Notes under the pieces: model-generated
Database searches by the model: none
What the model was told of the DNA's origin: nothing
Seen by the model: the letters and a program-made list of their open reading frames with translations, nothing else
In this document: positions 39,391 through 49,493 of the stretch, piece by piece
Position numbering within the stretch: position 1 is the first letter of the stretch
How the letters are laid out: each line of letters begins with the position of its first letter
Assembly: GCA_030601705.1 (NCBI GenBank)
Contig: JAUWBM010000001.1
Span: forward strand, 3,473-67,472
Direction of reading: 5' to 3'
DNA: 64,000 nucleotides
Source: Thermoplasmatota archaeon
GTDB lineage: Archaea > Thermoplasmatota > E2 > DHVEG-1
Program-made: the position numbers and the translations under genes

Positions 39391-39690
39391 TTACTTTTGG
39401 GCCCGTGGGGTAGCTTGGCATCCTTCCAGCTTGGGGTGCTGGTAACTCGAGTTCAAATCTCGACGGGCCCACTCAGAACTTTTCGAATTATTATCTGCCA
39501 TATTAGAGTTAGAATCATTACTGCCTTTCCCTTCTATAAGAGCAAGGTATCTACGGAGTTCAATATCCACAAAGGAGCTAATGTTAATTTCTTTCTCACG
39601 AGCTTGTTTTAATAAATCTTTACTAATAGTTATACCATAACTCCCGTGTTTTAGGCACATGATATTACGGAGTAATGCCCAAATCCTCAA
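39391..39690 (-). CDS. questionable ORF; the N-terminal part resembles a ribbon-helix-helix (CopG/VapB-like) DNA-binding protein, the 3' third runs antisense through tRNA-Pro
   Basis: YGITISKDLLKQAREKEINISSFVDIELRRYLALIEGK resembles RHH proteins; there is no stop before the tRNA. Confidence 0.25.
   Translation of the reverse strand: MRIWALLRNIMCLKHGSYGITISKDLLKQAREKEINISSFVDIELRRYLALIEGKGSNDSNSNMADNNSKSSEWARRDLNSSYQHPKLEGCQATPRAQK
39399..39471 (+). tRNA. tRNA-Pro (anticodon GGG)
   Basis: Cloverleaf folded by hand: acceptor gggcccg/cgggccc, anticodon stem ccagc/gctgg with loop ttGGGgt, T-arm tcgag-ttcaaat-ctcga. GC-rich island in an AT-rich context. Confidence 0.85.
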
Positions 39691-39873
39691 AAATCCTCCT
39701 CTGCTTTTTTGTAACTTCCGTTACAATGATTGAGCCATCACTCAGTTTCACCTTCAAATTTAGGGGGCACTATATTAGAATGATTAATGTCTATTTAAAA
39801 CTGTTGGTTGATATATCGTTATGTCTCATAATTTAGATAAATTATAAGAGCTCATATCAAATAGAAAGTGTAG

Positions 39874-40503
39874 TTAAACTCCTTTTTTATCCCCCCATAT
39901 TATCTTATGTAATTGCAAACCCAACCTTACATTGAGACCATCATCAAGTATCCAGGATGATAAATCTTTTAGATTGGTTCCCCACATAGGTTGGAAAAAA
40001 ACTGTACATTTAGGTTTGTATTTTTTAATAATTGCTTTTGCAAAATCACAATCTTTCCTATTTTTGATTACAAATTTTAATTGATCATTGGTGGTAAGAT
40101 ACGATAAATTATTGAAATTCATTTTTTCATGCATACCTGATGATGGACATTTGATATCGAGAGAGACCATCAATGATTTTTTACATACTATTTTTTCTGT
40201 GCTTATGCTTCCATTTGTCTCCAAACATATCCTGTATCCTCTTTTTGAAAGGATATTTATTAAATCAAGTGTTTCATCTTGTAACAATGGTTCTCCACCT
40301 GTAATACAAATATGTTTGCATGGAAATTTTTGAATCTCGTTAGCTATATCATCGACACTCATTTTTTTTCCATGTTCATATGCATATTTTGTATCACAGT
40401 AAGAACATCTTAAATTACATCCTGTTACCCTTATGAATATATTGGGCAAACCAGTCCAATTTCCTTCCCCTTGTAGTGAATAAAATACTTCATTAATTTT
40501 CAT
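39874..40503 (-). CDS. queE: 7-carboxy-7-deazaguanine synthase (QueE, radical SAM)
   Basis: VFYSLQGEGNWTGLPNIFIRVTGCNLRCSYCDTKY...ITGGEPLL. Confidence 0.85.
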   Translation of the reverse strand: MKINEVFYSLQGEGNWTGLPNIFIRVTGCNLRCSYCDTKYAYEHGKKMSVDDIANEIQKFPCKHICITGGEPLLQDETLDLINILSKRGYRICLETNGSISTEKIVCKKSLMVSLDIKCPSSGMHEKMNFNNLSYLTTNDQLKFVIKNRKDCDFAKAIIKKYKPKCTVFFQPMWGTNLKDLSSWILDDGLNVRLGLQLHKIIWGDKKGV

Positions 40504-40646
40504 TTGTTTAATGTATTATGGAATGCTGATTAAAAAATTTTCTGTGTTTAAAATCAATAAAAATCTTATCGCAACATATGTAAAAATATTTATATAGGAA
40601 TTGATATTAGGGGTAAGCCGTTCCAACAATGATGTTAGATAGAGTG

Positions 40647-40658
40647 GAGTATATAAAA
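40647..40658 (+). promoter_or_regulatory. candidate TATA box (gtatataaaaat) for the tRNA-Lys–rpoH–rpoB transcription unit
   Basis: TATA-like octamer ~40 nt upstream of the mature tRNA-Lys 5' end. Confidence 0.35.
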
Positions 40659-40694
40659 ATTGATTAGATAAAATGGAACTGCGGCCCTTGATTG

Positions 40695-40768
40695 GGGCCT
40701 GTAGCTCAGCTAGGTAGAGCATCTGGCTTTTAACCAGGTGGCCAAGGGTTCGAATCCCTTCAGGCCCG
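40695..40768 (+). tRNA. tRNA-Lys (anticodon TTT)
   Basis: Acceptor gggcctg/caggccc, anticodon stem tctgg/ccagg with loop ctTTTaa, T-arm aaggg-ttcgaat-ccctt. Confidence 0.85.
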
Positions 40769-40844
40769 CCTATTCCTCAAAAAAAACTGGGAGGAATGCA
40801 CCATCACTGTCACCTCAAAAAAGCATCATGAAAAACATTATGAA

Positions 40845-41099
40845 ATATTAGGACATAAACTGGTTCCCAGACATGCAATTTTATCTGATAGAGAGAGAAA
40901 GGAACTGTTGGAAAAATACAATATCAGACCCGAACAACTGCCGAGGATTCTGGATACCGACCCTGTGATAATTTCTATTGGAGCAAAGTCGGGACAAATC
41001 GTAAAAATTGTAAGAAAAAGTCAAACTGCTAAATATGCGACAGCTTATAGGATAGTAATAGAAAGTGAGAATAGCGAAAGGGGAATTTTCACAAGCTAG
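40845..41099 (+). CDS. rpoH: DNA-directed RNA polymerase subunit H (Rpo5); true start uncertain (no in-frame ATG upstream of the conserved N-terminus)
   Basis: In-frame translation upstream of the track Met reads ...ILGHKLVPRHAILSDRERKELLEKYNIRPEQLPRILDTDPVIISIGAKSGQIVKIVRKSQTAKYATAYRIV. The RpoH hallmark H.LVP.H.IL lies before the first ATG at 40908. Confidence 0.75.
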   Translation: MLGHKLVPRHAILSDRERKELLEKYNIRPEQLPRILDTDPVIISIGAKSGQIVKIVRKSQTAKYATAYRIVIESENSERGIFTS

Positions 41100-41136
41100 C
41101 GCTAGGTATGTTATATAGTTATAGGTGTGTAATAAT

Positions 41137-44100
41137 ATGAAAGAATTTGTTGACGCTTTTTATAGAGATAGAAGTATAGTAAATCACCAGCTTGCATCAT
41201 ATGATGATTTTTTAAATCAAAGATTGCAAAGAATTGTTGACAATACTGTAATTGGCCAAGAAGAAGAGGGGACGGAAAAAGGTTGCATATATCCAGAAAT
41301 AGAAGGATACAGGATAAAATTTGGCAAAATAAAAATAGGATCTCCCGAAGTGAAGGAAGCCGATGGAACCGAAAGACGTTTATCACCTATGGAGGCTAGA
41401 TTGAGAGATCTTACCTATGAAGCAAATGTTGAATTAGAATTCATACCTGTTAAAGATGAAGTTGAATATGAACCTGAAACAGTGAGAATTGGCGAACTCC
41501 CCATAATGATCAAATCAAAGAAATGTAACATATCTAAAGAAGTATTAGAAGAAGAAGCGGAACACAGTTTTTCAGATGAAGAGTATAAAGAGAAACTGCA
41601 GGAGAAACAGGAGGATCCTTTAGACCCCGGCGGATACTTTATTAGCAATGGTACAGAAAGAGTGCTTATTACTGTCGAAGATCTTGCACCCAATCGGGTC
41701 CTAGTAGAAAAGGCTAGCAGATATGGTACTGATGTAGAAGTTGCCAAAGTGTTTTCTCAGAGAGAAGGATACCGTGCTTTGACGGTAGTTGAGAAAAAAA
41801 AGGACGGCATGCTCATGGTATCTCTGCCAACGACATATGGCCAGATACCTCTCATTATATTGTTGAGATCATTGGGAATGGAGAACGATGAGGAAATCGT
41901 CGATGTAATATGTGTAGATCCTAAAATGAAACCTTATGTTTTAGCAAATATTGAGGAATGTGCCAGAGAGTACAGTATAACAACAAAAGAGGAAGCTGTT
42001 GCTTATTTAGGTAAAAAATTCGCGGGCGGGCAAGCTAAAGAATATCGTATTAAACGAGTAGAAACCATAATGGACAGACATCTTCTTGCACATCTTGGAA
42101 ATTCTCCAGAAGATCGTCTGACAAAGGCTATTTTCATGGCACGTATGGGTATGGCCGTTTTAGAATTAGCATTAGGCAAGAGAGAACCTGACGATAAAGA
42201 TCACTATGCAAACAAACGGTTGAAGCTAGCTGGAGATTTAATGGAAGATCTATTTAGGGTTGCATTCACAGCTCTTTGTAAAGACTTAAAATATCAGATT
42301 GAAAGGGTTCATGCAAAAGGTAAGGAAATAAAGATTAGCTCGTCTCTACGTGCAGATGTTTTAAGTCAAAGGATCCATCACGCCCTTGCGACAGGTAATT
42401 GGGTTGGGGGTAGGGCAGGGATATCCCAACTGTTAGATAGAACAAGTAATTTAGCTGTACTAAGTCATTTAAGAAGAGTGACCTCACCTCTAACAAGATC
42501 TCAACCGCACTTTGAAGCCAGAGATTTACATTCCACTCAATGGGGCAGATTATGTCCAAATGAAACGCCTGAAGGACCCAACTGTGGTCTTGTGAAAAAC
42601 CTTGCACTTACCGTTGAAATATCTGAAGGATTTTCTGAAAAAGAGTTAGAAACTGTTCTGAGAGATTTAGGCATCAAAGAAATTACTAAAAATATGACTG
42701 GGTCCAGAGTTTATCTAAACGGTGACCTTATTGGTATGCACTCCAACGGAGAAGAATTAGTACAAAAGTTAAGGCAGAGAAGGCGAAAAGGTTTACTTAA
42801 CAACGAAATCAATGTATGTTATGATGTAGAAGCAAATGATGTTATTGTAAACTGTGACTGTGGCAGATTAAGAAGACCCCTTCTTGTTGTTGAAAACGGC
42901 AAACTTTTGTTAGATGATAAGTATTTAAGTGAACTCAGGGAAGAGAAGAAAAAATGGATAGACATTATAAACGAAGGCTTGGTAGAATATATGGACGCTG
43001 AAGAAGAGGAAAATACACTTATAGCGTTAACAGAAAGAGATATCACACCTGATCATACCCACATGGAGTTAGATCCCATGTGTATATTAGGCATCGGTTC
43101 TTCTTTGGTTCCATATCCTGAACACAACTCTTCTCCGAGAATAACCATGGGCGCAGGTATGGGTAAGCAATCCCTTGGTTTTGGAGCGGCAAACTACAGA
43201 ATACGTCCTGATACCAGAGGTCATCTGATGCATTATCCTCAAAAACCCTTAGTTCAAACTCACCCCATTAAATATATCAGGTTTAGAGAGAGACCCGCTG
43301 GACAAAACTTCATCGTAGCAGTAGCATCATTCCAAGGTTATAATATGGAAGATGCACTTGTAGTGAGCAAATCGGCTATTGAAAGAGGACTTGGTAGAAG
43401 TTCATTTATTAGGACCTATCGCAGTGAGGAAAAAAGATATCCTGGTGGCCAAGAGGATCATTTTGAAATTCCAAATCCAGATTGTAGAGGTGTAAGAAGT
43501 GAAGATGCATACAATAATCTGGGTGAAGATGGACTTATTTCTCCAGAGTGTAATGTTGATGCAGGAAATGTACTGATAGGAAAAACCTCGCCGCCTAGAT
43601 TTCTTGAAGAACCAACGGATTTTTTAACACCTCAAAAAAGAAGAGAAACATCTGTTACAGTTCAGCATGGCGAAGTGGGCGTTGTTGATAAAGTTATGCT
43701 TTCTGAATCAGTAAATGGTTCAAGAATGGTTAAAATTAAGGTACGAGAACAGCGCATTCCTGAATATGGAGATAAGTTTGCATCAAAGCATGGTCAGAAG
43801 GGAGTCATCGGATACATTGTACCACAAGAGAATATGCCATTTACAGAAGATGGTATGTCTCCTGATTTGATAATTAACCCACATGCTATACCATCTAGAA
43901 TGACAATAGCCCACGTACTTGAGATGATAGGTGGCAAGGTAGGATCTCTTGAGGGAAGAGTAGTGAATGGAACTGCATTTAGCGGAGAATCCGAAGAAGA
44001 ACTTAGAGGTGCGCTGATTAAAAATGGATTTAAAGACAATGGTAAAGAAATTTTCTATGATGGAATGACAGGAGAGCCATTAGAAGGTGACGTGTTCATG

Positions 44101-44502
44101 GGATGTATTTATTATCAAAAGCTACATCACATGGTAGCAGGTAAAATACATGCACGATCAAGAGGACCTGTACAAATATTAACAAGACAGCCTACCGAAG
44201 GTAGAGCTAGAGAAGGCGGTTTACGATTTGGAGAGATGGAAAGAGACTGTCTAATTGCTCATGGAGTTTCAATGGTTATAAAAGATAGATTACTTGATGA
44301 ATCAGATATTACAATGAAGTATGTATGTAATAATTGTGGTCACATAGCAATGATTGACAGACATGGAAGATTGCATTGTCCTGTATGTGGTGATAAGGCG
44401 GATATACATCCTGTTGAAATGAGTTACGCGTTTAAGTTGTTAATTGATGAATTAAAATCATTGGTTGTTGTGCCCAGAATTAAATTAGAATCGCTAGTAT
44501 AG
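41137..44502 (+). CDS. rpoB: DNA-directed RNA polymerase subunit B (unsplit Rpo2)
   Basis: Full-length collinear RpoB ([27 protein letters not shown]-terminal Zn ribbon CxxC...CxxC) in a single ORF. Confidence 0.95.
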   Translation: MKEFVDAFYRDRSIVNHQLASYDDFLNQRLQRIVDNTVIGQEEEGTEKGCIYPEIEGYRIKFGKIKIGSPEVKEADGTERRLSPMEARLRDLTYEANVELEFIPVKDEVEYEPETVRIGELPIMIKSKKCNISKEVLEEEAEHSFSDEEYKEKLQEKQEDPLDPGGYFISNGTERVLITVEDLAPNRVLVEKASRYGTDVEVAKVFSQREGYRALTVVEKKKDGMLMVSLPTTYGQIPLIILLRSLGMENDEEIVDVICVDPKMKPYVLANIEECAREYSITTKEEAVAYLGKKFAGGQAKEYRIKRVETIMDRHLLAHLGNSPEDRLTKAIFMARMGMAVLELALGKREPDDKDHYANKRLKLAGDLMEDLFRVAFTALCKDLKYQIERVHAKGKEIKISSSLRADVLSQRIHHALATGNWVGGRAGISQLLDRTSNLAVLSHLRRVTSPLTRSQPHFEARDLHSTQWGRLCPNETPEGPNCGLVKNLALTVEISEGFSEKELETVLRDLGIKEITKNMTGSRVYLNGDLIGMHSNGEELVQKLRQRRRKGLLNNEINVCYDVEANDVIVNCDCGRLRRPLLVVENGKLLLDDKYLSELREEKKKWIDIINEGLVEYMDAEEEENTLIALTERDITPDHTHMELDPMCILGIGSSLVPYPEHNSSPRITMGAGMGKQSLGFGAANYRIRPDTRGHLMHYPQKPLVQTHPIKYIRFRERPAGQNFIVAVASFQGYNMEDALVVSKSAIERGLGRSSFIRTYRSEEKRYPGGQEDHFEIPNPDCRGVRSEDAYNNLGEDGLISPECNVDAGNVLIGKTSPPRFLEEPTDFLTPQKRRETSVTVQHGEVGVVDKVMLSESVNGSRMVKIKVREQRIPEYGDKFASKHGQKGVIGYIVPQENMPFTEDGMSPDLIINPHAIPSRMTIAHVLEMIGGKVGSLEGRVVNGTAFSGESEEELRGALIKNGFKDNGKEIFYDGMTGEPLEGDVFMGCIYYQKLHHMVAGKIHARSRGPVQILTRQPTEGRAREGGLRFGEMERDCLIAHGVSMVIKDRLLDESDITMKYVCNNCGHIAMIDRHGRLHCPVCGDKADIHPVEMSYAFKLLIDELKSLVVVPRIKLESLV

Positions 44503-44513
44503 GAGGTTTAGGT

Positions 44514-47177
44514 ATGGCAAGATCAAGAAGTATCACTAAAAAAATAGGGAAATTGGAGTTCGCTGTGCTTTCACCAAATGAAATCAGAAAGATGAGTGCT
44601 ACAAAAGTAATTACTGCTGATACCTATGATGATGATGGTTTTCCCATTACAATGGGTCTTATGGATCAAAAATTAAGCGTCATTGAGCCGGGATTAAGGT
44701 GTAAAACCTGTGGGTTGAAAGTAGGAAAAGACAAATGTCCTGGACACTTCGGCCATATTGACCTTGCGATGCCTGTTGTCCATGTGGGATTTGTTAAAAC
44801 CATAAGAAATAGTTTACGGGCAACATGCAGAAAATGTGGAAGGATACTGCTAACCGATCAACGATTGGATGGGTATAAAAAGGCAATCGAAAAAAATAAG
44901 TTAGAAGGGAGAGACAATTCCTTCATTTTTAAGACCATCATATCGGAATGCGTTAAAGGAGATGTATGCCCTAGATGTGACAATGAAACAGGTAAGATAG
45001 ATCTTGATAAACCTACATCTTTTAGAGAAAATGGCAAAAAATTAACTCCTACTGAAATAAGAGATTGGCTGGAAAAAATTCCCGATGAGGATCTCCTGTT
45101 ATTGGATATTAATAAGAAATCAGCAAGACCTGAATGGATGATTTTAACAGTTTTACCTGTACCTCCAGTTACTGTTAGACCTTCTGTAACACTAGAATCT
45201 GGTGAGCGTTCTGAAGACGATCTTACACATAAGCTAGTAGATGTTATCAGAATAAATCAGAGACTCCAAGAAAACAGAGACGCCGGCGCCCCACAGCTTA
45301 TAGTAGAGGATTTATGGGAACTGCTTCAGTATCATGTTACCACATACTTGGACAATCAAACCTCTGGGATACCACCAGCAAGACATCGTTCTGGAAGACC
45401 TCTTAAAACTTTGGCACAGAGACTTAAAGGAAAGGAAGGGAGATTTAGAAGTAACTTATCTGGTAAGAGGGTTAATTTTTCTGCAAGAACTGTGATCTCT
45501 CCAGATCCTAATCTAAGCATTAACGAGATTGGTGTTCCTATAGAGATAGCTAGAGAGTTGACCGTCCCTGTGAGAGTCACTACGCACAATCTTGAATGGT
45601 GTAAAAAAATAATCGAACTAAGTGCTGAATCGGATACAGCGGAATATGTACCGCATGTAAATTACGTGAAAAGATACAGAAGCGGCATAGAACAGAGAAT
45701 CAAAGTAGCGGAAAAAAATGCAAAAGATGTTGCTGAAAAATTAGAAGTTGGTTATATAATAGAGAGACAGTTGATGGATGGAGATATTACATTATTTAAT
45801 CGTCAACCCTCTCTTCACCGTATGTCTATGATGGCACATCGCGTTAAGGTAGTTCCTTATAGATCATTTCGGTTTAACCTCTCTGTATGCCCTCCATATA
45901 ATGCAGATTTTGATGGAGATGAAATGAATCTTCATCTCATACAAGGAGTTGAGGCAAAAGCTGAGGCTGAAATTCTCATGAAAGTACAAGAAAATATTCT
46001 CTCACCTAGATTTGGCGGCGTAATAATAGGTGGACTACATGATCATATATCAGGATGTTTTTTACTTACATATAGAGACAGAAAATTCTTAAAGGAGGAT
46101 GCAGCACGATTTCTAGGTGCATTCAACTATAAAGGAAAATTCCCCAAAACTCATGTTGAGAAAGAAACACACTTTGTTTACGGGAGAGACATATTTAGTG
46201 TTTTGTTACCCCGCGATTTGAATATGGAATATAAAGCTAAATCGTGCTTTAACTGTGAAGTATGCAAGGCTCCAGATTGTCCACATACTGCATATGTCAT
46301 CATAAAAAATGGCGTTCTAAAACAAGGAGTGGTTGACGAAAACAGTATTGGTTCATTTAAAGGAAAAATAGTAGAAAGGATAATTAGAGATCACGGCACA
46401 GATGCTGGCAGGGAATTTATTGATGATGTTACTCGTTTAGGGATAGCTACGATAACTAAATTTGGTTTTACAACAAGTATAGATGATGAAGACATACCAA
46501 AGGAAGCAAAAAGACAAATAAAAGAAGGTTTAGATAGAGCACAGAGCAAGATTAAGAATCTTGTTGCAGCATATGGAAATAATGAACTGGAACCTCTTCC
46601 AGGTAGAAGTTTAGAAGAAACTTTAGAAATGGAAATAATGAGAGTTACTGGAAGGGCAAGAGATATGGCTGGTGAAATAGCCAGCAGATATCTTGGAATG
46701 GATAATAGTGCAGTCATAATGGCAAAATCTGGTGCTAGGGGCTCGATGCTGAACCTATCCCAGATGTCTGGTTGCGTAGGACAGCAGGCGGTTCGAGGTG
46801 AAAGAATATCGAGGGGTTATAAACATAGAACATTACCGCATTTCAAAAAGGGAGATTTAGGATCAAGTGCAAAAGGTTTTGTTGCCAGCTGTTACAAAAG
46901 TGGGCTTAATCCAACTGAATATTTCTTCCATTCAATGGGAGGTAGAGAAGGTCTCGTAGACACTGCAGTACGCACATCTCGATCAGGATATATGCAAAGA
47001 CGTTTAGTAAATGCGTTAGAGGATCTTAAGGTAGAAAATGACGGTACTGTGAGACATACTGGGGGAGATATAATACAATTTATTTATGGCGAAGACGGAG
47101 TAGACCCATCAAGAAGTATAAATGGAAAAGCAGTGGATGTTGATAGAATCATTTACGAAATAAAAGAGGAGGCATAG
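44514..47177 (+). CDS. rpoA1: DNA-directed RNA polymerase subunit A' (Rpo1N)
   Basis: Zn-binding N-terminus and the [10 protein letters not shown] catalytic motif. Confidence 0.95.
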   Translation: MARSRSITKKIGKLEFAVLSPNEIRKMSATKVITADTYDDDGFPITMGLMDQKLSVIEPGLRCKTCGLKVGKDKCPGHFGHIDLAMPVVHVGFVKTIRNSLRATCRKCGRILLTDQRLDGYKKAIEKNKLEGRDNSFIFKTIISECVKGDVCPRCDNETGKIDLDKPTSFRENGKKLTPTEIRDWLEKIPDEDLLLLDINKKSARPEWMILTVLPVPPVTVRPSVTLESGERSEDDLTHKLVDVIRINQRLQENRDAGAPQLIVEDLWELLQYHVTTYLDNQTSGIPPARHRSGRPLKTLAQRLKGKEGRFRSNLSGKRVNFSARTVISPDPNLSINEIGVPIEIARELTVPVRVTTHNLEWCKKIIELSAESDTAEYVPHVNYVKRYRSGIEQRIKVAEKNAKDVAEKLEVGYIIERQLMDGDITLFNRQPSLHRMSMMAHRVKVVPYRSFRFNLSVCPPYNADFDGDEMNLHLIQGVEAKAEAEILMKVQENILSPRFGGVIIGGLHDHISGCFLLTYRDRKFLKEDAARFLGAFNYKGKFPKTHVEKETHFVYGRDIFSVLLPRDLNMEYKAKSCFNCEVCKAPDCPHTAYVIIKNGVLKQGVVDENSIGSFKGKIVERIIRDHGTDAGREFIDDVTRLGIATITKFGFTTSIDDEDIPKEAKRQIKEGLDRAQSKIKNLVAAYGNNELEPLPGRSLEETLEMEIMRVTGRARDMAGEIASRYLGMDNSAVIMAKSGARGSMLNLSQMSGCVGQQAVRGERISRGYKHRTLPHFKKGDLGSSAKGFVASCYKSGLNPTEYFFHSMGGREGLVDTAVRTSRSGYMQRRLVNALEDLKVENDGTVRHTGGDIIQFIYGEDGVDPSRSINGKAVDVDRIIYEIKEEA

Positions 47178-47179
47178 TT

Positions 47180-48679
47180 ATGGCTACCTCTGCAACTAAA
47201 AATAAAAAACAAAAAAACATAAAAAAACCTGTTAAGCCTAAAAAAGGTATTTCTATCAAAAATCAAAAGAAAAAAGAAATGTTAAAATCTACGGTGGATA
47301 AAACTGTCAAAGCAAAGAAGCTGAAAGAAAAAATGGTTCCTCCGCCACCTAAAAAACAGAAGAAGAAGGAAAAGCCTGCAAAGATTAAAAAAACAAATGA
47401 TATCCGCACCAAAAAGAAGAAAGAAACCTTGAAATCTACTAAGGGTAAAGCTGAGAAGTTAGAATTAAAAATGGTTCCTCCGCCACCTAAAGAAGAAGAT
47501 GAGCCAAAAGAATGCAAAAAGATAAGATCAGAGATAAACGAAATTTTGAAAGATAGATTTCTTCCTAGACACGTAGTTGATAATATTGTAGAATGGGTTG
47601 CTAGGGATAAAAAACTTGAATCAAAATTGAAAATTATAATTGATCGAGTATTGGCTGATTATAGTAAAAATCTAATTGATCCAACTGAAGCATGTGGCAT
47701 GGTAGGTGCACAAAGTATTGGAGAGCCTGGAACGCAAATGACGATGAGAACTTTCCACTACGCAGGTGTAGCAGAAATTAACGTTACTTTGGGCTTACCA
47801 AGGCTCATAGAAATTGTTGATGCAAGATCTATACCGTCAACTCCGATGATGAATATCTATCTCAGAGATGAATATAAGGTAAATCCTGATCTAGCAAAAG
47901 AAATTGCAAATAAAATTGAAATTACAACACTTACAGACGTAGCAGATATTGAAATGGATTTAATTAGTTTAATTACCCATATTAAACCAAACAAAAAAAC
48001 AATGAATAAAAAGGGATTAACATTAGAGGAAATATTGGGGAGATTAAAAACAGTCAGGAAGACAGATGCCCACATAGAAAAAAACGCCATTAAAATAACA
48101 TTAGATGACCCGGGTTATAAAAATCTTCAGAGTGTTAACGAAACGCTTAAAAAATTAAAAATTAAAGGTATCGACGGGATAAAACGTGTTATCATAAGAA
48201 AGGAACCTGATGAAGGATATGTAATATACAGTGAAGGGAGTAATCTCAAAGAGGTTTTAGAAATCGAGGGTGTTGATCCATATAAGACATCAACAAATGA
48301 CATTCATGCTGTCGCTAGAGAACTCGGAATAGAGGCTGCAAGGAACATGATAATTCAGGAGGCACACAATACTCTATCAGAACAAGGTTTGAATGTAGAT
48401 TTAAGACACATTATGATTGTAGCAGATGTTATGACTGCAGATGGCACTGTGAAAGCTATAGGAAGGCATGGTGTAAGCGGTGAAAAGAGCTCTGTATTAT
48501 CCAGAGCTGCATTTGAAATAACAGTGAATCATTTACTATTAGCTAGCCAGAGAGGCGAATCTGATAAACTCAATGGTGTGGCAGAAAACATCATTGTTGG
48601 GCAGCCTGTTAACTTAGGTACGGGCGCTGTTGAGCTTGCTATGGGCCATAGTAAAAGTAAAAAGAAGAAGGGAAAGTAA
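47180..48679 (+). CDS. rpoA2: DNA-directed RNA polymerase subunit A'' (Rpo1C) with a ~120-aa Lys/Pro-rich N-terminal extension containing an internal 46-aa repeat
   Basis: Conserved A'' core from ~aa 125 ([29 protein letters not shown]). The N-terminus carries KKKEMLKST...KMVPPPPKK and KKKETLKST...KMVPPPPKE. Confidence 0.9.
   Translation: MATSATKNKKQKNIKKPVKPKKGISIKNQKKKEMLKSTVDKTVKAKKLKEKMVPPPPKKQKKKEKPAKIKKTNDIRTKKKKETLKSTKGKAEKLELKMVPPPPKEEDEPKECKKIRSEINEILKDRFLPRHVVDNIVEWVARDKKLESKLKIIIDRVLADYSKNLIDPTEACGMVGAQSIGEPGTQMTMRTFHYAGVAEINVTLGLPRLIEIVDARSIPSTPMMNIYLRDEYKVNPDLAKEIANKIEITTLTDVADIEMDLISLITHIKPNKKTMNKKGLTLEEILGRLKTVRKTDAHIEKNAIKITLDDPGYKNLQSVNETLKKLKIKGIDGIKRVIIRKEPDEGYVIYSEGSNLKEVLEIEGVDPYKTSTNDIHAVARELGIEAARNMIIQEAHNTLSEQGLNVDLRHIMIVADVMTADGTVKAIGRHGVSGEKSSVLSRAAFEITVNHLLLASQRGESDKLNGVAENIIVGQPVNLGTGAVELAMGHSKSKKKKGK
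47263..47500. repeat. two ~138-bp direct repeat units encoding the Lys-rich / MVPPPPK motif in the rpoA'' 5' region
   Basis: Identical 21-mer atggttcctccgccacctaaa at 47333 and 47471. Confidence 0.6.
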
Positions 48680-48979
48680 ATGGTGGATGTAAACAAAGTT
48701 TTAAAGGTTGTAGTGAAAAAAGGAAAGGTAAAGATAGGTGAAAAACAAACGAAAATAGCAATAGGTGACGGGTCTGCAAAGCTTATTGTTGTGGCAAATA
48801 ATTGCCCATATTCTACAGAGATCACTGCTTTAGCAAATGAAAAAAAAGTATCGATTTACAACTATAACTCAAACGGCGTAGAGCTTGGGTATGCGTGTGG
48901 TAAAAACTTTGTAATTTCCTCCTTTGCAGTGATAGACGAGGGTGAATCCAATATAATGCAGCTAGTTAAAGAAAGGTAA
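48680..48979 (+). CDS. rpl30e: 50S ribosomal protein L30e
   Basis: KKGKVKIGEKQT...AKLIVVANNCP...ELGYACGKNFVISSFAVID. Confidence 0.9.
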   Translation: MVDVNKVLKVVVKKGKVKIGEKQTKIAIGDGSAKLIVVANNCPYSTEITALANEKKVSIYNYNSNGVELGYACGKNFVISSFAVIDEGESNIMQLVKER

Positions 48980-48984
48980 TAATA

Positions 48985-49407
48985 ATGTCAGAAATTACCT
49001 TTTCCAATGAAACAGTACAATACATAAGCCTAGCAAGTAAGTATTCTGGGGCAATTATTAAGGACTGCATAGTAGAAGATGATCGTATAATTTTTGTGGT
49101 TGAAAAGGGGGATATGGGCGTTGCTATTGGGAGTAAAGCAAAAAATTTAGAGAAAATGCGTACTCTTTTTAAGAAGAACGTAAAATTTGTAGAATTTGAT
49201 GAAGATAAAAAGAGATTTGTAGAAAATCTTTGTAAGCCATACAAAGTAAATAGCATTGATATGGAAGGGGATGATGCAAGTATTGTAAAAATAAAAGTTA
49301 ATCCAAGAGACAAATCCAAATTAATTGGCAAAGGTGGAATAAACATCAATATGATTCGTAAATTAGCTCGAAGACACCACTCAATTAGGGATGTACAAAT
49401 TAAATAA
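48985..49407 (+). CDS. nusA: archaeal NusA-like transcription termination factor (two KH domains)
   Basis: ~140 aa; GVAIGSKAKNLEKM and IGKGGININMIRKLARR KH GxxG motifs; canonical position after rpl30e. Confidence 0.85.
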   Translation: MSEITFSNETVQYISLASKYSGAIIKDCIVEDDRIIFVVEKGDMGVAIGSKAKNLEKMRTLFKKNVKFVEFDEDKKRFVENLCKPYKVNSIDMEGDDASIVKIKVNPRDKSKLIGKGGININMIRKLARRHHSIRDVQIK

Positions 49408-49493
49408 TTCGCCTTGTTTATTGCAATAATTTTTAAATAGAGTTCTATGTTCAGTAGAGGGGGGTATTCCTGAAAATAAAAAACAAATCTGAC

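Noticed and set aside
40516-40722. ORF 40516..40722 (-) and ORF 39397..39612 (+)
   Set aside because: They overlap tRNA-Lys and tRNA-Pro respectively and have no protein-like features; the tRNA interpretations are much better supported.
40845-40847. Idea that ATA might be decoded as Met/initiator genome-wide (rpoH and the beta-helix gene both have ATA near where a start is expected)
   Set aside because: Two cases are insufficient. Other genes start with ordinary ATG or TTG, and ATA occurs abundantly inside conserved domains at Ile positions (e.g. in rpoB). Rare start codons or local errors are more parsimonious, so this is reported only as an uncertain-start observation.
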